From the NCBI GenBank assembly GCA_018812585.1, contig JAHJDJ010000312.1, positions 1 to 44,518 on the forward strand: a stretch of 44,518 nucleotides of DNA, written 5' to 3'. The notes under the pieces are model-generated. The model saw nothing but the letters and a program-made list of their open reading frames with translations, had not been told where the DNA came from and searched no databases. Positions 7,111 through 15,238 of this stretch are shown here, one piece after another. The translations under genes and the position numbers were made by a program. This stretch comes from a bacterium. GTDB lineage: Bacteria > Electryoneota > B3-LCP. Position 1 is the stretch's first letter, and every line of letters begins with the position of its first letter.

Positions 7111-8221
7111 TAAGTACTTAACCAGACATAAAGTTCTTGTCAACAGTGCGCTTCCACAACGTTCGCACACCTACAGTTCCCTCGAGGAACACATCGAGTT
7201 CATTAATAGAGATATCTTACCAGGTATTTGTCCTGCCAGTTCCCTTCCAATTAGGATGATGACTGTTGAGTCGAAATCGGCCATCGTTGAGACTGTCGAT
7301 ATTGATAACAGAACATACCTCATTTACGACCGGCATTACGGAACGCTTTTGGAAGAATTAAATTACATCCTGTTCGTTGACTTGCCAGAGAGTTGTGTGT
7401 TCAATTTCCTTTTGAGGATATTCCTTGATTTGATTGGTGCTGAAGCTGGTGTCGCCAATAGTATTCTCTATCGGTACAGGACACTGCTCGAGCCTGCGCA
7501 GGTACTTGACTATTCCGGAATCCCCATAGAAATCAACGAGAAGATTCGCGCGACCACGGAGATCCAAGAGTTCTTTGTGGCATTGCATGAGATCAACAAT
7601 TTTGTTCAAAGGCACCAGCCATTTCCAGACCGTGAACTGGGGGTCTTCATGTCGGACTTGAGGCAGGGTTACGAAAAGGCGAAGAATGCGAGCGCTTTCG
7701 TTGATCGGTTTGATCTGGCTCTTGATTCAAGTAACGCGTATGAAAGGTTGTTGGAGTCTCATGCTGTCGCTTGCGAGCTCGCTGCCGATGTATTGACAGG
7801 TGACCAGGTATACGTCTTACTTATGCAAATTTATGATATGGAGTTCATAGGAGAATCGATGCTTCTTGGATTCCATAATCAGGCGGTCATTTCGGAGTTA
7901 CGTGAACTGGCTGAGGCTATTTTGACGGGCAGCCACAGAAGCTGGGATTGCGTCGAGTATGCAGAATTGCGTAATATCCTTGCAAGCAATAGGCTTATGG
8001 GTAGACTATCGCAAGAGAAAACTGGTGTTGACCGAATGAAAGCGTTCATTTACGAGCACACAACGAACTTCGAGAAGATAAGACGAATATTCAAAGGTTA
8101 TTTCAGGAATGAGTTTCGCACTGCCTTAAACGAAGCCCTTGAGCATGCACATATGCAAGGTCCACCGAAAATCATTCGGCCAAATGTACCTCAATCATCT
8201 AAGTGGACACGCAATAAGTGA
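7100..8221 (+). CDS. Hypothetical protein C of the cassette (no recognisable family)
   Basis: ORF track, 373 aa. The ATG at 7100 (second ATG at 7103) lies inside the last codons of gene B, whose TAA is at 7108-7110. This 11-nt overlap suggests translational coupling. Confidence 0.7.
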   Translation: MMINKYLTRHKVLVNSALPQRSHTYSSLEEHIEFINRDILPGICPASSLPIRMMTVESKSAIVETVDIDNRTYLIYDRHYGTLLEELNYILFVDLPESCVFNFLLRIFLDLIGAEAGVANSILYRYRTLLEPAQVLDYSGIPIEINEKIRATTEIQEFFVALHEINNFVQRHQPFPDRELGVFMSDLRQGYEKAKNASAFVDRFDLALDSSNAYERLLESHAVACELAADVLTGDQVYVLLMQIYDMEFIGESMLLGFHNQAVISELRELAEAILTGSHRSWDCVEYAELRNILASNRLMGRLSQEKTGVDRMKAFIYEHTTNFEKIRRIFKGYFRNEFRTALNEALEHAHMQGPPKIIRPNVPQSSKWTRNK

Positions 8222-8396
8222 CGAAATTCGAACAAGTCGCTCTGTGTACTGCATTCACTAGTCGACAAAATGGCAATGCAATGATCTACCACCGTCGCTC
8301 AGCACGTGATGAGATTAAGTCACTCGGTACAAAGGAATCAAAATGGTCGAGCTGCCCACAAAAATAGGTGTTACGCCGTGCCAGCAATCATAAAAC

Positions 8397-8425
8397 AAAC
8401 CGCCCGGTTGAAAACCGGGCGGTTT
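8397..8425 (-). terminator. Strong hairpin terminating the minus-strand remnant, and probably also closing the plus-strand cassette
   Basis: AAACCGCCCGGTT (8397-8409), loop GAA, then AACCGGGCGGTTT (8413-8425). On the minus strand it is followed by GTTTTATG. Confidence 0.6.
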
Positions 8426-8448
8426 GCCTTGGGCCTTACTTTCAGGAC

Positions 8449-8682
8449 TCACGCCGCAAACTTGACGAAGCCGTCAAGTTTGTCGGGCAGATCGGACAGC
8501 CCGGCCTCCGTGAACTCCTGCTTGGCTTCGGCAAGAAATGCCTGCCACGCGGCGTCGTCCAGACTCTTCTGCGTCTTCTGGACCAAAGCCTGACCCTCGG
8601 TGCCCAAAGACACAATCTGGACGTACAGCCACCGCTTAGGGGCCTCGGGCAGCGCACCGTCGGGTACTCCGCGATCATGAAC
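8449..8682 (-). pseudogene. Start-less 3' remnant of an unidentified GC-rich gene
   Basis: My own minus-strand translation is open for 77 codons between the TAG at 8683-8685 and the TGA at 8449-8451: VHDRGVPDGALPEAPKRWLYVQIVSLGTEGQALVQKTQKSLDDAAWQAFLAEAKQEFTEAGLSDLPDKLDGFVKFAA. There is no ATG; the only candidate start is an internal GTG at 8613. It reads as real protein sequence, unlike the Arg/Pro-rich frames listed in the ORF track here. The terminator hairpin lies just downstream. Confidence 0.45.
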
Positions 8683-8870
8683 CTATTAGCGGAAGCCCTT
8701 TAGAGATAGTTCTGCACAAAGCCATATGGGTTGGATGTATATCTAACCCTTTGTTTGTGTAAGATATCATGATCTGGAAATTGTCCGAAGAACTTTGTAT
8801 CTTAAGGTAGTCAACCCTTGTTATCGGGCGGCCGTCCGACCCCATTCAATGAAACAAACGGAGATCGCCA

Positions 8871-10460
8871 ATGACCGTCCAGAAATCTCTCGAATCACAT
8901 GGGCTGAAAAATCTGGCCCAAGTACTCTGGAATCCGAGCACGCCTCAACTCTATGAAGAGATCGTCCGCCGCCAGGAAGGCCTGGTGGCTCACTTAGGGC
9001 CGCTGGTCGTTCGCACCGGTCACCATACCGGCCGTTCGCCCAACGACAAGTTTATCGTTCAGGAACCGACCAGTGAAAAGGACATCTGGTGGGGCGCGGC
9101 AAATCGTCCCATGACCGAAAAACACTTCGGCATGTTGTTCAATCATCTGCGCAGTTTCCTGCAAGGCAGAAACATCTTTGTGCAAGATTGTTATGCGGGC
9201 GCGGATCCCCGCCACCGCCTTCCCATCCGGGTTGTCACTCAATACGCGTGGCACAGCTTGTTTGCGCGGAATATGTTTCTGCGCGTGCACGATCTCGCTG
9301 AACTGGCAACTCACCAGCCGGAATTCACGATCGTTGACGCTCCCATGTTCCATGCCATGCCGGAAGAAGTCGGTACCAACTCGGAGTCGTTCATCGTCGT
9401 GCATCTCGGCAAGCGGCTGGTTCTGATCGGCGGCACCAGCTACGCGGGAGAAATCAAGAAGTCCGTCTTCACGATCCTGAACTGGCTGCTCCCGAGGAAG
9501 GGAGTCCTGCCGATGCACTGTTCGGCCAATATCGGTGATGATGGCGATTCCGCTCTTTTCTTCGGACTGTCCGGAACGGGTAAGACGACTCTTTCGGCTG
9601 ATCCCAAGCGCCGTCTGATCGGCGATGATGAACACGGTTGGACTGATGACGGCATCTTCAACTTCGAAGCCGGATGCTATGCCAAGGTGATTCGTCTGTC
9701 GCAGTCAGCGGAACCGCAGATTTACAGTTGTACCCGCCGGTTTGGCACCGTGCTGGAAAATGTGGTCTATGATCCAGTCACTCGCAAGATCGACTTGGAT
9801 GACGATAAATTCACAGAGAACACACGCGCCTCGTATCCGCTGGAATATATCGAAAATTCCGTCCCTGAGAAGATGGGCGATCATCCTAAGAACATCATCC
9901 TGTTGACGTGCGATGCTTCCGGTGTGATTCCACCAATCGCCAAGCTGTCACCAGATCAGGCGATGTACCAGTTCATTTCGGGGTATACCTCTAAAATTGC
10001 AGGCACAGAAGTTGACCTGGGCAAGGAACCGGAAATCACCTTCAGCACCTGCTTCGGCGCGCCATTTATGGTGCATCATCCTTCGGTTTACGCCGATCTG
10101 CTGAAACGCAAGATTTTAAAGCACAACGCCAACTGCTGGCTGGTTAATACCGGTTGGGTGGGCGGCCGTTATGGCGTCGGCAAACGTATCAGCATCAAGT
10201 ACACAAGGGCGCTGTTGAATGCGGCATTATCGGGTGAACTGCTGGACGTTCCTTATAAAACCGACCCCGTATTCGGATTCGAAGTGCCCGAGAAGTGTCA
10301 AGGTGTGCCTGACGAAGTTCTGGACCCGGCAAGTTCTTGGCCCAGCCGCGAAGAATACATGAAAAAGTACAAAGAATTAGCCTCGCGCTTTATCGAAAAC
10401 TTCAAGAAATTCGAAGCGGACACCCCTGCTGAAATCAAATCAGCGGGACCGACTCGATAA
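8871..10460 (+). CDS. pckA: Phosphoenolpyruvate carboxykinase (ATP)
   Basis: 529 aa. ATP-PEPCK signatures are present: RSPNDKF, kinase-1a GLSGTGKTTLS, and GDDEHGW. A GGAG lies upstream of the ATG. Confidence 0.95.
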   Translation: MTVQKSLESHGLKNLAQVLWNPSTPQLYEEIVRRQEGLVAHLGPLVVRTGHHTGRSPNDKFIVQEPTSEKDIWWGAANRPMTEKHFGMLFNHLRSFLQGRNIFVQDCYAGADPRHRLPIRVVTQYAWHSLFARNMFLRVHDLAELATHQPEFTIVDAPMFHAMPEEVGTNSESFIVVHLGKRLVLIGGTSYAGEIKKSVFTILNWLLPRKGVLPMHCSANIGDDGDSALFFGLSGTGKTTLSADPKRRLIGDDEHGWTDDGIFNFEAGCYAKVIRLSQSAEPQIYSCTRRFGTVLENVVYDPVTRKIDLDDDKFTENTRASYPLEYIENSVPEKMGDHPKNIILLTCDASGVIPPIAKLSPDQAMYQFISGYTSKIAGTEVDLGKEPEITFSTCFGAPFMVHHPSVYADLLKRKILKHNANCWLVNTGWVGGRYGVGKRISIKYTRALLNAALSGELLDVPYKTDPVFGFEVPEKCQGVPDEVLDPASSWPSREEYMKKYKELASRFIENFKKFEADTPAEIKSAGPTR

Positions 10461-10558
10461 GACCATAGATCCAAAACTGCATCCGTTTCAGGGTCATGGG
10501 GTCATTGAAGCATTTTCGATGATCGGATGATCCTTTTTTATTATATAAGGAGAGTATC

Positions 10559-11752
10559 ATGGCTTATACACCCACTGACCGCGTTAAAAAGCTCACACCA
10601 TCGCTGATCCTGGAAATTTCCGCCCAGGCTTCAACCGATCCCGAAATTATCAACCTGTCTGCCGGGCAACCGGACTTTCCGACACCGGATCCCATCAAGC
10701 AGGCTGGCATTGATGCCATAAATAGTAACTTCACACGCTACACCGCTGGAGGCGGCATCCCTGAATTGCGGCAAGCCGTGGCTGAAAAAGTCAGCCGCGA
10801 AACCTGCATTGCACGGAAGGCAGAAAACGTCGTCATCACCAGCGGCGCCAAGCACTCTCTGGCGAATGCCATTTTAGCGATTATCAATCCCGGTGATCGA
10901 GTCCTGCTCCCGTCGCCCTACTGGGTGGCCTATCCAGAACAGATCTGGCTGGCCGGAGGTGAAGTCATTACGCTTCCAACCGAGCAGGAGAACGGTTTTC
11001 GCATCACACCCGCTCAGTTGGAAGCGGCGCTGGCAACCGATCCCAAGCTGATCATGCTGAATTCACCTTCAAATCCGACAGGCGCTATCTACGAGAAGAA
11101 GCATCTTGACCTGCTGGTACCCATTTTGAAGGAATCCGGCATCCTGATCATCGCCGATGAAATCTACGGTAAATTGATCTACGAAGGTCATACGTTTACC
11201 AGCCTGGGTTCTTATGAGGAGCTGAAAGATCAGGTACTCATCGTCAATGGCGTATCGAAGACCTATTCCATGACTGGCTGGCGCTTGGGTTGGGGCGTCG
11301 GACCGAAAGAGCTGGTGCAAAAGATGGCGATCATTCAGTCACAGATGACCTCTTCGCCTTGCTCAATCAGTCAGAAAGCTGCCCTGGCTGCCATACAGCG
11401 CCCGGAAGCGGAATTTGCACCGATGCTAAATGCATTCCAAGCGCGCCGCAACCGCGCCCTGGAAATAGTCGACCAGATGCCGGAAGTCACCTGTCATCCG
11501 CCGGAAGGAGCGTTCTACCTCTTCCTGGATGTGACAGCTTACCTGCCGGAAAGAAATCCCGCAGACGATAAGCCGATGCGTTCGATGGAGTTAGCGCGTT
11601 ACCTGGTCAAAGAGCACAAGGTCGCCATCGTCCCGGGGATGGCCTTCGGATCGGATGACCATATCCGCGTTTCGTTCGCCACTGCGATGGAGGATGTCGA
11701 AGAGGGATTGAAACGAGTGCAGAAAGGGCTTGCTGAATACAAAAGAAGATGA
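10559..11752 (+). CDS. Class-I PLP-dependent aminotransferase (aspartate/aromatic aminotransferase type)
   Basis: 397 aa. It has SPSNPTG and SKTYSMTGWRLGW (PLP lysine). An AAGGAG lies 6 nt upstream of the ATG. Confidence 0.9.
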   Translation: MAYTPTDRVKKLTPSLILEISAQASTDPEIINLSAGQPDFPTPDPIKQAGIDAINSNFTRYTAGGGIPELRQAVAEKVSRETCIARKAENVVITSGAKHSLANAILAIINPGDRVLLPSPYWVAYPEQIWLAGGEVITLPTEQENGFRITPAQLEAALATDPKLIMLNSPSNPTGAIYEKKHLDLLVPILKESGILIIADEIYGKLIYEGHTFTSLGSYEELKDQVLIVNGVSKTYSMTGWRLGWGVGPKELVQKMAIIQSQMTSSPCSISQKAALAAIQRPEAEFAPMLNAFQARRNRALEIVDQMPEVTCHPPEGAFYLFLDVTAYLPERNPADDKPMRSMELARYLVKEHKVAIVPGMAFGSDDHIRVSFATAMEDVEEGLKRVQKGLAEYKRR

Positions 11753-11780
11753 GAATAAAAGAAGAACAGAAGCATAGAAG

Positions 11781-11806
11781 AGCGGCCCGATGGCCGCTTT
11801 TTTTTG
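11781..11806 (+). terminator. Rho-independent terminator
   Basis: AGCGGCC, loop CGAT, GGCCGCT, followed by T8. Confidence 0.75.
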
Positions 11807-11882
11807 CTGGGTTTGGAATATTTCTTGACTTTGGGGATTTTTGTTCCTATATTGTAATATCCGTTCTGCGATGGAGTTCGAT

Positions 11883-13928
11883 ATGCATAAGCTATTCTAT
11901 CTGATCATTTTTATCCCCACCCTCCTCTTCGCTCAAGACTTTCCCTTCCAGCAGGAATACGACACCATCCCAGTAGAGATTGAAGGCTGGAATCCTTCAG
12001 TTCCCTGGCAAAAGGGATTCAGTTACAGCAGTCCGGCTTTTGGAGATATGGATCTTGATGGCGATTTAGATCTAGCTATAGGGACATTTTCAAAATATCT
12101 TTTCTTCTACCTTAACACCGGTGATTCTACCTCGCCACAATTTTCCTGGCTTGACCCTGATTTCATACTTTTAGACACTCTGGACGCCAAAGTCAATCCG
12201 GTATTCTGCGATCTTAACGGAGATGGTGACAGCGATTTAATATACTCGGATGGCACTGGAGTGGTGCGATATTATGAGAATGAATCGGTTGGCGGACAGA
12301 TTCAGTATGTTTTGGCCGGAGATTCCATAAATGGTACCGTTTGGATGAACCGTATCACCCTAGTGGATATTGATGGTGATTCTGATTTTGATCTAATTTC
12401 TGGTAACTACGATGGCAAATTAACATTTCTTCGAAATGATGGATCGAATACACAATACTCGTTTACTTTTGTTACTGATGAATTTGAGGGTATTGATATA
12501 GGGATTATATCAAATCCAACCTTCTGTGACATTGATGCTGATGGTGACTTTGATTTGTTTATCGGTGACAAAGACGGTTATATTTGGTTCTTTGAGAATA
12601 TCGGCAGTGCAACGAATTATGAGTTTGCCGCTCCGGTTTTCAATTACCTCAATTATGATGTCGGCTATCACGCCTCACCAGAATTCTGCGATATAGATAG
12701 AGATGATGACTTAGACCTTTTTGTGGGACTCGAGTCCACATTCAGTAACCAACATATGGGAGATGTCTTCTTTTTTGAGAACAGAGGAACTCCGCAAGCT
12801 TCTAGTTATGAATACATAACATCAAACTATTTAACGATTGACATAGGGACACACGGCAGGCAGCAATTTATCGACATCGATGCAGATAATGATTTGGACC
12901 TTTTTGTCGGAGCCTCAGATGAGATTCGCTTCTTTAAAAATATTGGTAGTCCACAAATGCCCAATTTTTATTTAGAAGAGGAGTATTATCAGGGTATCAG
13001 CCTAGAAAGCATCGTCCCATATTTCGCGGACATCGATGCAGATGGCGATTTTGATTTATTCGCGGGGATGGGAGCTATTCCAGGTCCACCAGGGCTACAT
13101 TTATATATCAACCGTGGAACTCCTCAACAGGCTGAATATTTCCTATATTCCGATAATTTTGTCCCGGGAAATTATTTCGTCATGGTAGCGCCAACGCTTG
13201 TCGATATTGATTACGATGGGGATTATGATCTCTTTGTTACGGATCAGTGGTATGACAATATCTGGTACTTTGAGAACATCGGATCACCCGCCTGGCCAGT
13301 ATTCGCTGAGCCTATCTTAAATTGGCAGGGAATTTCATGGCAAAGTGCTTTGCAAAGATATCTCAGATTTCATGATATAGATGCGGATGGAGATCTTGAT
13401 TTGTTCTTTTATAATAACTGGAATGAACCAGATGGGAGAAATTTGAGATTCTTTGAAAATATAGGAACCGCGAATAACCCAATTATGCAGTTCAGAACAA
13501 ACACTTATCTTCCTATTTCTGTAAGTGTTCCATGCCCTTGGTTCTGTGACATCGATTCAGATGGTTTTATTGATCTCTTCACAGCAGATAATTGGGGCGG
13601 CATCCTCTTCTTCCACGGCATCGATACTTTGTCTGTAACCCAACCTCGTCTCACCTTAGACCCATTTCATGGCATCCAGTTCAGTATCGGTCCCAATCCT
13701 GCCAATCCCATCACCTGGATTTCTTACAACCTCCCCTATCCGCAGAAGGCAGAGATTGCAGTGTATAATCTCTTAGGCCAGAAAGTCGCCACGTTGGCTG
13801 AAGGTTTGCAGATGCCGGGGCAAAAGACCCTCATCTGGGATGCGGCGAATTATTCGTCGGGGCAGTATTTTATCAGGATGGAAACGGAGATGGGAGTAAC
13901 GAGTGATCGGGTGGTGGTGGTGAAGTGA
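11883..13928 (+). CDS. Secreted FG-GAP/VCBS-repeat protein with a T9SS-type C-terminal sorting domain
   Basis: The ORF track frame opens at TTG 11841. I prefer ATG 11883, which gives a signal peptide (MHKLFYLIIFIPTLLFAQ). There are at least 10 repeats of the Ca-binding unit (F/C)xDxDxDGDxDLFxG. The C-terminus (GPNPANP...AEIAVYNLLGQKVATL...SGQYFIRMET...VVVVK) matches the Por/T9SS CTD pattern. Confidence 0.85.
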   Translation: MHKLFYLIIFIPTLLFAQDFPFQQEYDTIPVEIEGWNPSVPWQKGFSYSSPAFGDMDLDGDLDLAIGTFSKYLFFYLNTGDSTSPQFSWLDPDFILLDTLDAKVNPVFCDLNGDGDSDLIYSDGTGVVRYYENESVGGQIQYVLAGDSINGTVWMNRITLVDIDGDSDFDLISGNYDGKLTFLRNDGSNTQYSFTFVTDEFEGIDIGIISNPTFCDIDADGDFDLFIGDKDGYIWFFENIGSATNYEFAAPVFNYLNYDVGYHASPEFCDIDRDDDLDLFVGLESTFSNQHMGDVFFFENRGTPQASSYEYITSNYLTIDIGTHGRQQFIDIDADNDLDLFVGASDEIRFFKNIGSPQMPNFYLEEEYYQGISLESIVPYFADIDADGDFDLFAGMGAIPGPPGLHLYINRGTPQQAEYFLYSDNFVPGNYFVMVAPTLVDIDYDGDYDLFVTDQWYDNIWYFENIGSPAWPVFAEPILNWQGISWQSALQRYLRFHDIDADGDLDLFFYNNWNEPDGRNLRFFENIGTANNPIMQFRTNTYLPISVSVPCPWFCDIDSDGFIDLFTADNWGGILFFHGIDTLSVTQPRLTLDPFHGIQFSIGPNPANPITWISYNLPYPQKAEIAVYNLLGQKVATLAEGLQMPGQKTLIWDAANYSSGQYFIRMETEMGVTSDRVVVVK

Positions 13929-13947
13929 TCAAATGCCAGGCTGAAGG

Positions 13948-14004
13948 TCGTGTCATCCCGGACGTCGACGGCGTCAGCCGGAGACTTTGATCCGGGATCC
14001 AGAG
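13948..14004 (+). repeat. REP-like palindromic intergenic element, copy 1
   Basis: GTCATCCCGGAC...GATCCGGGATCCAGAG, with arms ATCCCGGA (13955-13962) and TCCGGGAT (13991-13998). It carries a ~21-nt insert relative to copy 2. Confidence 0.4.
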
Positions 14005-14047
14005 TAGAATCTTATGAAAAGAGTCCGATGCCGCATTCAGCTTTGTA

Positions 14048-14082
14048 CTCTAGATACCGGATCGGAGTCCGGCATGACAGTG
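14048..14082 (-). repeat. REP-like palindromic intergenic element, copy 2 (inverted)
   Basis: The reverse complement reads CACTGTCATGCCGGACTCCGATCCGGTATCTAGAG. It has the same GTCATsCCGGAC...GATCCGGkATCyAGAG frame as copy 1. Confidence 0.4.
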
Positions 14083-14291
14083 CCTATAGCGCTGGTTAAT
14101 GAGATCTCTTCAGAGGGCTTGTACTGTGTGTAGCTCACGTCCTTTAGGGCTGGGCATTTGCGAAGCTTCGCGGGAGGGCGGGGTGTTTGCACTGTTCGTA
14201 TAACAAATCAAGGCGGGCTGATTAGGCCCGCCTTCTAGCTCCGCCGCAAGTTTATTTCTAGATGCAATTTTACCGGGTATAGAGCAAATCA

Positions 14292-14338
14292 AGCGGTCCG
14301 CCATCAAGTTCGCTGCTCTTGCTTCCGGGCGGACCGCT
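14292..14338 (-). terminator. Long-stem hairpin immediately downstream of the small minus-strand gene
   Basis: AGCGGTCCGCC (14292-14302) pairs with GGCGGACCGCT (14328-14338) across a 25-nt loop. A second hairpin, AAGGCGGGC/GCCCGCCTT, lies at 14210-14234. Neither has a clean T-tract. Confidence 0.4.
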
Positions 14339-14365
14339 ATGGTGCCATGCTGCGTTTATTTAGTT

Positions 14366-14854
14366 CTATTCACCTGGATCGAACATCTTAGCCACCCACA
14401 TCCATTTGCTGGGCTTTTTGCGATCAGACCAACTGCCGCCGGGACCCTGCTGAGGCGGCGGGATCGGGGTCACGCCACGAAGCGGGGGCGCCGGGGCAAG
14501 CTGCGGCTGAGTGGGCTGTGGCTGCAGGTTGATGGGCGCATACTCCGTTTCAGGAACTGGCACGTCGCTCGGGGTCTGGTCAGGCGCAGTGATGACCCCC
14601 GGATGGGAGATCAACCCTGGCAAGTACTGTTCATTAGGATTGACAGGATCTACTTTGCTGCCTGGCAGTGTTGCGAGTCCAGGGATCCACTGCTCATTGG
14701 GCGCAATGGGATCAAATTTACCACCCGGCAGCACGGTTAAACCGGGAATGCACTGTTCGTTGGGTTCGCTGTTAGGAATCTCTTTGGCGATCGCACCGCA
14801 CGTCCACAGCGCTACGATGACGATCAACATGATGATTAGATTCTGGCGCTTCAT
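14366..14854 (-). CDS. Small secreted Pro-rich protein with three 21-aa tandem repeats
   Basis: The ORF track frame is 14366..14947. I place the start at ATG 14854 because a GGAGG lies 7 nt upstream and a signal peptide (MKRQNLIIMLIVIVALWTCGAIA) follows. The repeats are PNEQCIPGLTVLPGGKFDPIA, PNEQWIPGLATLPGSKVDPVN and PNEQYLPGLISHPGVITAPDQ. Confidence 0.7.
   Translation of the reverse strand: MKRQNLIIMLIVIVALWTCGAIAKEIPNSEPNEQCIPGLTVLPGGKFDPIAPNEQWIPGLATLPGSKVDPVNPNEQYLPGLISHPGVITAPDQTPSDVPVPETEYAPINLQPQPTQPQLAPAPPLRGVTPIPPPQQGPGGSWSDRKKPSKWMWVAKMFDPGE
14576..14764 (-). repeat. 3 x 63-bp in-frame tandem repeat inside the small secreted protein gene
   Basis: The units are 14702-14764, 14639-14701 and 14576-14638. 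On the plus strand each ends ...CCnGG(n)A..CACTG(y)TC(r)TTnGG. Confidence 0.6.
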
Positions 14855-15238
14855 AATAACCTCCGATGTATGACACGTTTTCTTAGTTTTCTCACTTGTG
14901 TTCACCGTCACATAAGGCAAAGCTGATGCCAGTTTTTGAAAAGTCAAAGTAACTTCATATTAATCATGTGCTTATAAAAACATTTTTTAAGAACAGTTAT
15001 TCTTCGGAACTCCAAATGTGTGGGATTGGTTGACATGAAAAAGTATGGAATTTTTTTTAATTCCTTATTTATCAAATACTTATCGAAATGTTGAGAAAAT
15101 TGACACCCGTTGAAGAGAATGTGTCAGCAATTTTGACAACCTCTTTCTGCTTGACTTTACGCCTGTTTTTTATTACATTTACAAGGGATGGTTGAGAACA
15201 GCTTTTTTAGAAGGACAGATGAGAGAAGGTTGACAATC

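Noticed and set aside
8222-8245. Possible att-type direct repeat of the tRNA-Gly 3' end (AATTCGAACAAGTCGCTC versus GGTTCGACTCCCGTCATCCGCTC).
   Set aside because: Only TTCGA and CGCTC match, which is too short and gapped to distinguish from chance by eye. I found no convincing duplicate of the tRNA 3' end at the far side of the cassette. A computed alignment of 3570-3605 against 3640-8900 would settle it.
8306-8703. ORF-track entries 8306..8593+, 8368..8703+ and 8442..8678-.
   Set aside because: They have Arg/Ser/Pro-rich, compositionally implausible translations. A different minus-strand frame (8449..8682) gives protein-like sequence and is followed by the terminator, so these are its shadows.
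8994-9635. A 213-aa minus-strand ORF inside pckA, and similar antisense ORFs inside pnp, the PHP-GT gene and the GMC gene.
   Set aside because: Each is fully embedded in a confidently identified gene on the other strand and has no recognisable motif.
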